A stretch of 51,080 bases of DNA, from contig JBEKTQ010000022.1 of assembly GCA_049515895.1 (NCBI GenBank), positions 1 to 51,080 of the forward strand. Direction: 5' to 3'. Numbering within the stretch: the stretch's first letter is position 1; each line of letters begins with the position of its first letter. The notes under the pieces are model-generated. The model saw nothing but the letters and a program-made list of their open reading frames with translations, made no database searches and had not been told where the DNA came from. A program made the position numbers and the translations under genes. Source of the stretch: Candidatus Bathyarchaeia archaeon (GTDB taxonomy: Archaea > Thermoproteota > Bathyarchaeia > Bathyarchaeales > Bathycorpusculaceae). This document shows positions 17,671-26,033 of this stretch, one piece after another.

Positions 17671-20600
17671 ATGAACGCCGTGACGGAAATTGAAGAGACT
17701 GAAACTGATTCGACAAGTTTGCCTGCAAACTACTCTCCGCTTGCCTTGGAGAAGGAAATCCGCGAGTTCTGGCTTACTCAGAAAATTCGCGAGAAACTTG
17801 AGCTCTTAGAACAAAACGCTAAAGGGTTGCTTGGTTACGTGGAAGGTCCGCCTACGCTGAACGGTATCCCTCACATTGGGCACGCCCGCGGCAGAGTGAT
17901 GAAGGACGTTCGCTACAGATGGAAAACCATGGAAGGCTATTACATGCCGTTTTGGGCTGGATGGGACTGCCAAGGTTTGCCAGTGGAACTGGAGGTTGAG
18001 AAGCTTCTCGGGGTTAGGAACAAGCGTGAATCAATCGAGAAATACGGGATGGAACGGTTCATTGATGAATGCAAGAAAGCTATTATGCGCTATCATGCCA
18101 TGTGGCTGCAGGCTGACTCAAACCTCGGCGTGTTCATCAACCAAGAGAAAGCTTATTGGACATACAAGGACAGCTACATCGAGCGAGAATGGCAAATCCT
18201 AAAGTGTGCTTGGGACCAAAAACTGCTTGAAGAAGGCCACTATGTTGTCGCTTACTGTCCTGGCTGCCAAACCAGTCTCAGCAGCGCCGAAGTCGGATAC
18301 GAAGGCAGCTACAAAGAAGTGGAAGACCCATCATTGTACTTCAAGTTCAAAGTTGTCGGCAGCAAAAACGAGTTTTTCTTGATATGGACAACCATGCCCT
18401 TCACCATAATAACTGACACCATGCTCGCGGTTCAACCATCCGCTGAATACGTTAAAGTCAAGGTGGGTGAAGAAACTTGGATAATGGTTAAGCAAAGGGT
18501 TGAACCCGTAATGGCGGAGCTTGAAATCACAAAGTTCCAAATCGCCGATTCGGTTCTCGGCAAAAACTTAGAAGGAACAGCCTATGAGTACCCACTCAAA
18601 GACATGATTCCTAAACAAGCGGAAAACGAAACCCTGCATCCATTAGTTCATAAGGTCATTGGCGAGGACTTTGTTGACGTCAACACCGCCACTGGCGTTG
18701 TGCATCTTTCGCCTGGTAACGGCGAGGATGATTTTTGGGCGGCACAACGCAGAGGAGTTCCAATCTTCGCGCCTTTCGACGACGAAGTAAAATTCACCAA
18801 TGACGCAGGGCTATTCACTGGTATTTTCGCTCGTGAAGCAGATTTCCTGGTTGTTGAGGAACTTCGCAATAGAAACGCTTTCGTGAAAGTCACCATGGTG
18901 AAGCATGAGTACCCGACGTGCTGGCGTAGTCATCACAAGCTGGTTTGGCTAGCGAGAAAAGAATACTTTCTGCGAACAGACAAGATAAACAGCAAGGTTC
19001 TAGAAGCAGCAGAAAAAGTAGATTACTTCTTCGATGAACCCAAAAACCGTTTCTTTGGCTTCCTCAAAGAAGGAAAACCTTGGTGCATTAGCCGCGAACG
19101 CATTTGGGGAACACCACTGCCAATCTGGACTTGCGAAAGCTGCGGAGAAAAGCACATAATCGCTAGCAAAAAGGAGCTCCTTGACTGTGCATTAGAAGCA
19201 GTTCCAGACGACTTTGAGTTACATAAGCCTTGGGTGGACCGTGTCACATTCAAATGTGAGAAATGCGGCGGAATCATGCGCCGCGAGGATTTCGTGTTGG
19301 ATACATGGCACAACAGCGGTGCTTCACCTTACGCACGCTTCACCGATGAGGAAGTTGCAAAGTTTGTGCCCTCCGATTTTCTAACTGAAGGTATCGATCA
19401 AACCCGAGGCTGGGCGAACAGTCTGCTGCTGGAACATGTCATCTTGACGGGGAAGTCTGAGGCACCGTATAAGTCATTTCTGTTTCAAGGGCTCACGCAG
19501 GACGCTAAAGGCAGAAAAATGAGCAAAAGCCTCGGCAACGTCGTTGAAACCAACAAACTTTTGGAGAAGAACTCCGCTGATCTGTGCCGCTTCTATATGA
19601 TGCGAAAATGCTCTTCGATTGACTTCATGAACTTCGACACGCAGGAACTCAATAGACGCTCGTATCAAGTGCTATCAACGCTGTACCACTTAAGCAGGTT
19701 CTTTTTGCAAAACGCAACTTTTGACGAATTCACCCCATCCAAATATACTTTGGAGTGGGCTTCCAAAGTGAATAAACTTCAAGCCGCCGACAGGTGGCTC
19801 CTCTCTAAATTGCAGGAGAAAATTGAGGATTACACAGCTAAACTTGGGCGATGCGAATTCAGCAACGCCGTCGCCGTCTTAGATGACTTCGTGATTGAAA
19901 CTCTCAGCAGGCTTTATGTGCCCATGATTCGCAAAGAGCTTTGGACCGACGAACCTGAAACGTTTGAGCGCCGTCAAACTATCTATGCATTGCTTTATCA
20001 CACCTTGAAGGCTGTAACCTTGCTGTTCAACCCCGTTACGCCTTACCTAAGCGAGGCACTTTACCAGAAGATTTTCAGGCAGCTTGAACCGGATCTGCCT
20101 GAATCGGTCAACATGGCGCCCTGGCCAACACCAAACTTGGAACTCCGAGACAAAACCCTTGAAGAACAATTCGAAATCTTACTTGAGACGGTTTCAATAG
20201 GTTACGCTGCAAGGCAAGAGGGCAAACTAAAGCGTAGATGGCCCCTTAGCAAAGCGATAGTAGTAGCCCCAGAAAAAACATTAGGCGCATTACAACATCT
20301 GGAATCCTTATTCTTGGAGCTTACAAACGTGAAGGGCGCAGAATACGCGACAAAAGTTCCCGAATACGTTGGAGGCGAAAACTGGGTTTCGTCACAAGTC
20401 GACAACGTCATCGTGTTTGTGAGCGGGCAACGAGACGAAAACTTGCTTGGCGAAGGAATAATGCGCGACTTAGCACGACGCGTTCAAGCTCTTCGGAAAG
20501 AAATGGGTTTTGTGCCAACTGAAATTTTAGAGTCCGTGCATATCGCCGAGTTAGATGCAGAAAGTATGGGTTTGCTTGAGCCGTTCTTGGAGGAAATGGC

Positions 20601-20715
20601 TGGGTTGGTACGAGCGAGGAAAGTGTATTTGCATAGCAGCTGCAAAGAAGAAGTTGACGCGGATTGGCATCAATCGGAACTAGACAACAAAAAAATATAC
20701 CTCAACATACACTAA
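17671..20715 (+). CDS. ileS: Isoleucine--tRNA ligase (archaeal/type 2)
   Basis: EGPPTLNG-HIGH, GWDCQGLPVE, WCISRER, EGIDQTRGW, KMSKS. Confidence 0.96.
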   Translation: MNAVTEIEETETDSTSLPANYSPLALEKEIREFWLTQKIREKLELLEQNAKGLLGYVEGPPTLNGIPHIGHARGRVMKDVRYRWKTMEGYYMPFWAGWDCQGLPVELEVEKLLGVRNKRESIEKYGMERFIDECKKAIMRYHAMWLQADSNLGVFINQEKAYWTYKDSYIEREWQILKCAWDQKLLEEGHYVVAYCPGCQTSLSSAEVGYEGSYKEVEDPSLYFKFKVVGSKNEFFLIWTTMPFTIITDTMLAVQPSAEYVKVKVGEETWIMVKQRVEPVMAELEITKFQIADSVLGKNLEGTAYEYPLKDMIPKQAENETLHPLVHKVIGEDFVDVNTATGVVHLSPGNGEDDFWAAQRRGVPIFAPFDDEVKFTNDAGLFTGIFAREADFLVVEELRNRNAFVKVTMVKHEYPTCWRSHHKLVWLARKEYFLRTDKINSKVLEAAEKVDYFFDEPKNRFFGFLKEGKPWCISRERIWGTPLPIWTCESCGEKHIIASKKELLDCALEAVPDDFELHKPWVDRVTFKCEKCGGIMRREDFVLDTWHNSGASPYARFTDEEVAKFVPSDFLTEGIDQTRGWANSLLLEHVILTGKSEAPYKSFLFQGLTQDAKGRKMSKSLGNVVETNKLLEKNSADLCRFYMMRKCSSIDFMNFDTQELNRRSYQVLSTLYHLSRFFLQNATFDEFTPSKYTLEWASKVNKLQAADRWLLSKLQEKIEDYTAKLGRCEFSNAVAVLDDFVIETLSRLYVPMIRKELWTDEPETFERRQTIYALLYHTLKAVTLLFNPVTPYLSEALYQKIFRQLEPDLPESVNMAPWPTPNLELRDKTLEEQFEILLETVSIGYAARQEGKLKRRWPLSKAIVVAPEKTLGALQHLESLFLELTNVKGAEYATKVPEYVGGENWVSSQVDNVIVFVSGQRDENLLGEGIMRDLARRVQALRKEMGFVPTEILESVHIAELDAESMGLLEPFLEEMAGLVRARKVYLHSSCKEEVDADWHQSELDNKKIYLNIH

Positions 20716-20740
20716 ATAGGCGGCACGGAAAGGAAAGAAC

Positions 20741-20917
20741 ATGACAGAAGGGAAAAACAACAACCATTTCTACAAGTGCCCACATTGCGCTTGCGTATTT
20801 TTGACCCAAGCCGACTTGCAAAAACACATGAACCGCTTCGGAGACCGCAAAGAAGAGCATGAGTTTTCTTACCGCAAAACGCACGGAAGAATAGAACACG
20901 GCTATGGAGAAGAATAA
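20741..20917 (+). CDS. C2H2-like zinc-finger microprotein (58 aa, not in ORF track)
   Basis: MTEGKNNNHFYKCPHCACVFLTQADLQKHMNRFGDRKEEH...; purine-rich leader; follows ileS. Confidence 0.75.
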   Translation: MTEGKNNNHFYKCPHCACVFLTQADLQKHMNRFGDRKEEHEFSYRKTHGRIEHGYGEE

Positions 20918-20986
20918 TTTTTTCGCTGTGTTTCCAACCGAAAGCTCTAAATGCGCTTCAGCGCTATTTTTTCAAAAACGCAAGTT

Positions 20987-21064
20987 GGGCCGGTAGATCA
21001 GTCTGGTATGATCGCCGCGTTCGCAACGCGGAAGCCGCGGGTTCAAATCCCGCCCGGTCCACCA
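20987..21064 (+). tRNA. tRNA-Ala (CGC)
   Basis: GGGCCGG/CCGGTCC acceptor with G3:U70, CCGCG-TT-CGC-AA-CGCGG, GCGGG-TTCAAAT-CCCGC, CCA. Confidence 0.97.
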
Positions 21065-21487
21065 AATGCGTTTTAACCTATTTTGGAAATAGGATTTGAT
21101 TAAATAATTAAGCGAGACCCATCGGACCCGCCTCCTTGTCTAGTATGGGTCTCTATGGGAATTTGGCTCCAAATGAGGTTGGAGCTTGGCTTCAGATGTC
21201 GAGGACCCATTCCCGTTTTCTTTTAAGGTGATTAGCATAATGCTCTGCTTCAAGAGGGCATGCAACAGGTTTTAGACGGCGGAGAAGGGTATCTTCTCAA
21301 CGGACGTTTATAAGCACTTGTGTAATGGTTTGTAAGAAGAAGAATTTGTCTGCGTCATTTTTCTGTCAGCTAAGATGGTTTAGAACTCAAAATAAGCCCG
21401 GTTAGCGAACGCCAAGACCCGAGGCCTCCCCCCAAAATTACACAAAACTGTGTAATGGCCATGAGTGTTTTCGCTCTACCTGATTAC

Positions 21488-21512
21488 GGTTCAAATCCCG
21501 CCCGTTCCACCA
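21488..21512 (+). repeat. Direct repeat of the tRNA-Ala 3' end (attR-like)
   Basis: GGTTCAAATCCCGCCCGTTCCACCA, 24/25 identical to 21040-21064. Confidence 0.92.
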
Positions 21513-21907
21513 CAGATTTCTCTTTTCATAAGAGAGAACTCTGGTTAGGAGAAAAATTTGAGTTCATTTGGATTTTTCGAATATCAATGTAGCCTTAACG
21601 ATTTCAGGTTTGATGTGGAGATAGCTCTACTAGCTCCGTTGCCCATTCAAGAGTGACAAAGTTGTAGTGGTTTACCCTGGACTAACCGAGTGAGAAATCA
21701 GGTATATCTTATAACGGATCGAGCACAAGAGTTGGTTTGGTTGTGAAGAGAAGGGAGAGTATGAGAAGCCAAACCACTCTTTTCTATAACATTGTTCTAT
21801 AATCTCTTTCCGTGGGTGTTTTTTAGTTGATGATGCCTACTAAAGAAATGGGAGATTTTGAAGGGGAGCTCTCTAGTAATAAGACGATGAATTTGAGGAA
21901 TTGAAAT

Positions 21908-22249
21908 TTGAAAGCAAGAAATACGTACACTTTGGCTGGAAAACGTAAGCTAGGGTTTGAAGCAACCTTGATGCCTAAAGAAACGTTAAGGAAGAAGCTG
22001 GTGGGAGCTAAGTTTGGTGTGGCTCCAAATTTAAGTGTTCTTCAACGTTTTCGGATTCAACTTTTTGGCGGTGCATTTCTACGTTGGGTTAAGCCCGCAG
22101 GCTATTCCGGTGCTGTACCCGTTTACCTAGTAAAGTGTAGTCATCATGGCTTGTACACAGATACTCCACATGGGTATAGCAAGTATTTTCAATGCCCTGA
22201 TTGTTTGGCTGAAGCCAAAGAAGAAGCTGATAAACACAAATTTCCCTGA
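21908..22249 (+). CDS. Zinc-finger protein, mobile-element-like
   Basis: KCSHHG ... PHGY ... CPDC. Confidence 0.7.
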   Translation: MKARNTYTLAGKRKLGFEATLMPKETLRKKLVGAKFGVAPNLSVLQRFRIQLFGGAFLRWVKPAGYSGAVPVYLVKCSHHGLYTDTPHGYSKYFQCPDCLAEAKEEADKHKFP

Positions 22250-22277
22250 AAACAAAAAGCAGCTTACCACTAAAGAA

Positions 22278-22451
22278 ATGGAAGATGAGGGGAAGCTCTT
22301 GAGTAATAAAAACGATGAAATTGAGGAATTGACACAAGCACTTGACCTCTTAAACGATGAAATCAATACCCTCGTTGAGCTGCTAGAAAGACGAGGGATT
22401 TTAACAAATCAACGTTCGCTAATGATTAGTTGTTCCAATGCTGACGGATGA
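22278..22451 (+). CDS. Short coiled-coil protein, possibly truncated
   Basis: MEDEGKLL...LDLLNDEINTLVELLERRGIL heptads; ORF track 22146-22451. Confidence 0.45.
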   Translation: MEDEGKLLSNKNDEIEELTQALDLLNDEINTLVELLERRGILTNQRSLMISCSNADG

Positions 22452-22457
22452 TGCAAA

Positions 22458-22757
22458 ATGAACGCCAACGATAGCCACGGTCGATTCGAAGTATCTGTTA
22501 ACCTTTTTGTTGATCCGACCCAGAAGGCGCAGGTTATATATGCCCTCGAAAAGGTTGAAAACATCGAGGAAATTTATGATGTAAAAGGGGAATTTGATAT
22601 CGTTTCTATAGTTTCGGCCTCGAGCATGGAAGAATTCCACGATGTCTTGAAGAAAAAAATCATGAAAATCAGGGGCGTCCAAAGCATCATAACCTCAGTC
22701 GTACTCAAAACATATAAACAGCCCAAATCCACCTTGGGCAATATTCATACCCGGTAA
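22458..22757 (+). CDS. Stand-alone Lrp/AsnC ligand-binding (RAM) domain protein
   Basis: EEIYDVKGEFDI ... IMKIRGVQSIITSVVL; no HTH. Confidence 0.88.
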   Translation: MNANDSHGRFEVSVNLFVDPTQKAQVIYALEKVENIEEIYDVKGEFDIVSIVSASSMEEFHDVLKKKIMKIRGVQSIITSVVLKTYKQPKSTLGNIHTR

Positions 22758-23130
22758 CCAAGGTCTTAGCGCGCGTTTTAAATTTAGGCCATAAGTTCCA
22801 ATGGAAAATGGGGCGTTTCCACTATTTAATTTAAAAGAAATCGCTAACGATATAATAAAATTTGTAGTCCTAAGTTCCAAAGTGCGCATTTACACTGAAA
22901 GTGGAGGGTTGAAGGAGAGCAAAATTGGAGCGTCCCGATTTTATTCTTTTGACTGCGATGAGATTGGGGAAGGGAAAGAGAAACCGTTACGCCGTGTTTT
23001 TCTTGTTACCTTTTGTTTGTATGCTTTTCATTATAGGTTGGGTTTTGTCAAACCTGTAATTAGTTATTTGAGTAAAATAAAGACTTTTCAAAAAAACAAA
23101 AAAGGGAAATAAGTTTTGGTTGCTAGACTC

Positions 23131-23240
23131 TTATGGTTTTTTCCTAAGCATTAGCAAACCGACTATGGCTATTGCAATGATTATGGCGATTACTCCGATC
23201 CCCATGTACATCGTCAGGTCAGAAGCAGTTGCACAGTTTG
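23131..23240 (-). pseudogene. Orphan C-terminal membrane-anchor fragment of a surface protein
   Basis: ATASDLTMYMGIGVIAIIIAIAIVGLLMLRKKP* with no upstream protein body. Confidence 0.6.
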
Positions 23241-23483
23241 CCGCTATCTTACATTTTCTCGGAGCAGCAGTTTGCGGCGGATTATTTTTTGCGTTTATGA
23301 GGCTCAAAAGGGCAGCTAAGCAGATTATTGCCTGAACTCCAAGTTCCTTAAAAAAAAATAGTCACCTCGAGTCTTTGGCGGTCGTTGTTTACCGAAAAAG
23401 CTGATTAGAAACCGCCAAGGGTTAAATACTGTTTGTAGAATAGTCTTCTCTCTCTTGGCCAAGCATGCGGGAAAGAAAGCAAA

Positions 23484-24683
23484 ATGAAAAAGAATGTAAT
23501 TCTTATTTTCATTCTTTGCGTGTTTTTAGTTTTGGTGTTCTCCCTGAGTATTTCGTGTGGAGTAGCCAACTCTAGCGGCAATTCTGAGGTACAGCCTGCC
23601 GTTTACTGGTGGACTATGTTCCACAATGATCTGGCACGCACAGGTTATTCAAATTCAACAGCGCCAAACACAAACGCTACCCTATGGACGTTCACGACTG
23701 GCGGCGACGTGAATGATCCAGCCGTTGTTGACGGCGTAGTATACATAGGCTCTTATGACGACCAGGTTTACGCTTTGAATGCTGCAAATGGTGCCTTCAT
23801 ATGGAATTTCACGACCCATGGCTACATAGATACTTCTCCTACCGTAGTTAACGGCATAGTCTTCGTAAATTCAGATGACAACAAGACTTACGCTTTGAAC
23901 GCTAAAAATGGCGCCCTCATATGGAGCTACACAACTGGACGGAGGATTGATAGTTCTCCTGCCGTAGCCGGGGGCATAGTGTATGTATGCTCAGACGACC
24001 ATAAGGTTTACGCTTTGAATGCTACTAATGGAGCCCTAGTATGGAATTACACAACCCGTGGGGAAGTGAACTCTTCTCCTGCCGTGGCGAACGGATTGGT
24101 TTTCGCGGGCTCACAAGACCACAACGTTTATGCATTAAATGCTTCTACCGGCGCTCTCGTCTGGAAGTACCCCACCAGCGGCTACGTGGATTCTGGTCCT
24201 GCCGTTGCTTATAAGATGGTTTTCACAGGCTCAGCAGACCACAAAGTCTACGCTCTAAATGCTTCTACCGGCGCTCTCGTGTGGAACTACACAACCGGCA
24301 ATATTGTAGCTGCCTCTCCCGCCGTGGCTGACGGCATCGTATTCGTAGGCTCGCTTGACCAAAAAGTTTACACTCTGAATGCCACAAATGGCACCCTCAT
24401 ATGGAGCTACACAACCGGCGGTATTTTGGTTTCCTCTCCTGCCATAGCCAACGGCGTGGTCTATTTAGGCTCATGGGACCACAAGGTTTATGCTTTTGGT
24501 TCGTCAAACGTCTACGCTTTATCCATCTTGAATTGGATCGTTCCAGTTTTAGTAGTTTTGGCAACTGCTATAAGTGCTGCGCTGCTTCCGTTTTCTGGTC
24601 GGAAAAGAAAAAGAAAGGGGAACCTCGTAGATTCCGCTGTTCAGGAAAATCCCCCAGAGTCAAAGCCGAATGGCACTTTGTAA
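23484..24683 (+). CDS. PQQ-like (BamB-type) beta-propeller surface protein
   Basis: Signal peptide, WWTMFHND...RTG, seven ~40-aa repeats SSPAV-x-G-x-V(Y/F)-x-GS-x-D-xx-VYALNA-xx-G-xxx-W, C-terminal TM plus basic tail. Confidence 0.93.
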   Translation: MKKNVILIFILCVFLVLVFSLSISCGVANSSGNSEVQPAVYWWTMFHNDLARTGYSNSTAPNTNATLWTFTTGGDVNDPAVVDGVVYIGSYDDQVYALNAANGAFIWNFTTHGYIDTSPTVVNGIVFVNSDDNKTYALNAKNGALIWSYTTGRRIDSSPAVAGGIVYVCSDDHKVYALNATNGALVWNYTTRGEVNSSPAVANGLVFAGSQDHNVYALNASTGALVWKYPTSGYVDSGPAVAYKMVFTGSADHKVYALNASTGALVWNYTTGNIVAASPAVADGIVFVGSLDQKVYTLNATNGTLIWSYTTGGILVSSPAIANGVVYLGSWDHKVYAFGSSNVYALSILNWIVPVLVVLATAISAALLPFSGRKRKRKGNLVDSAVQENPPESKPNGTL

Positions 24684-24956
24684 CCAAGTTGAGGTTGTTG
24701 ATGATACTGTAAAGTTGATTGTTCCAGAAGGGTCCCGCAAAAAGAGGAAACTTGAATTTTCAACAATTTGCTCCTGCCCCTTTGGGAGCAAGTCCGTTCC
24801 GACGCAGCCCTTCATGACCGCGTGTAGACCGGCTTGTATTCATTTAGGCTGCCCATGTACTACTAAGGTTTTGAGCCCAAAAGGGTTCAAGGATCTCCAG
24901 CTCCAAACTTTGATTATAAACTCACAAAACCTGATTCTACAAATTTTGGCAACAGT

Positions 24957-25004
24957 GTCTTTGTGGTTTGAACCCATTTCGGTTCAAATCCCGCCGGATT
25001 CACT
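24957..25004 (+). repeat. 48-bp tRNA-3'-end-bearing element, copy B (att-like scar)
   Basis: GTCTTTGTGGTTTGAACCCATTTCGGTTCAAATCCCGCCGGATTCACT; 44/48 identical to copy A. Confidence 0.9.
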
Positions 25005-25079
25005 ATTGAATTTTAACATAAAAGGAAGTGACTTCGGGTTATTCCGTTATCACTGAACCGAAAGAAAGTCGCTTGTTTG

Positions 25080-25105
25080 ATATATCGATTTTCGATATAT
25101 ATCGA
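25080..25105. promoter_or_regulatory. Overlapping palindromes, candidate operator
   Basis: ATATATCGA-TTT-TCGATATAT overlapping the perfect 14-mer TCGATATATATCGA. Confidence 0.45.
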
Positions 25106-25397
25106 GAAATAAAATAACGTTTTATATTGAGACTTACTACACTGAAGTGTATCGGAGTGTAACAAATGAACAGTACAACACAACTACAAGAAAACCCAAG
25201 TGGGGATCCATCAGATCCGATCCCTGTTTGCCTGATTTACCTTCGCAAAAGCGAAAAAGCAAGGCAGACAGAGGAATCATAGAGAAGAAATCGGAGACTT
25301 CAAAACAAAAATGCTCTAAATAGGTCATTTTTTAGTCTTTTACAGCGTGATTGTTATTAAGACCGATTTTCAGTTCTCTTAGATCGAAGAGAAGAAA

Positions 25398-25928
25398 ATG
25401 GAAAAAATCAAGTTATTGACATTGGCTCTGTTAACTGTTTTGATGTTGAGCGCAATGATGATTTTTCCAGCGTATGCTTCCGACCCTACAACATTTAGCC
25501 TTACGTTATCGACAAACCAAATACAATACAAGATATCTGCAGGAACCATGTTCAACGGTTCAATCGCCACCACAGGAATGGTTCGGTTCTGGGTTACAGC
25601 GCCAAACGAAATTGAAATCGTCAACTTAGGCATAATAGACAAAACCAGCAGCTTTAGTTTCGTGGCCCAACAAAACGGAACCTACACCTTCAACTTTGAA
25701 AACGACCTGCCCAACACAATTCAAGTAACTTTTTCATACACAGCAAACCCCCAACTCCTAAACAGCAACACAGGAATTCCCCTAACTTACTTTCTGGTAG
25801 TGGGAACTGTAGCAGTTGCTGGAAGCCTTCTGATATTCTTCGGCATACGCCACAAAACGAAAAAAGCAAAATCCGCCAACCAGAATACGGAGCTAAACAC
25901 CGAACAAACCAACAATTCAGACACGTGA
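25398..25928 (+). CDS. GOLD/p24-like domain membrane protein
   Basis: Signal peptide, VRFWVTAPN, FSFVAQQNGTYTFNFEN, C-terminal TM and basic tail. Confidence 0.7.
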   Translation: MEKIKLLTLALLTVLMLSAMMIFPAYASDPTTFSLTLSTNQIQYKISAGTMFNGSIATTGMVRFWVTAPNEIEIVNLGIIDKTSSFSFVAQQNGTYTFNFENDLPNTIQVTFSYTANPQLLNSNTGIPLTYFLVVGTVAVAGSLLIFFGIRHKTKKAKSANQNTELNTEQTNNSDT

Positions 25929-26033
25929 AAACCCGATTCACTTATCTCAATGGCGCTTTAAGGATCAACATTTGCCGACCAAAACTGGCGATTATTTTCA
26001 TAACAAGTATAAGGACTTTTAGCCGCTGCTTAG

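Larger units (their letters stand above)
21065..25004. mobile_element. Decayed tRNA-Ala-associated genomic island(s)
   Basis: Bounded by tRNA-Ala and two tRNA-3'-end copies (21488, 24981); contains fragments and accessory genes; no integrase. Confidence 0.55.

Noticed and set aside
23700-24500. DNA-level ~120-bp repeats as a DGR or repeat array
   Set aside because: Fully explained by beta-propeller blade repeats; no reverse transcriptase or adenine-specific variation
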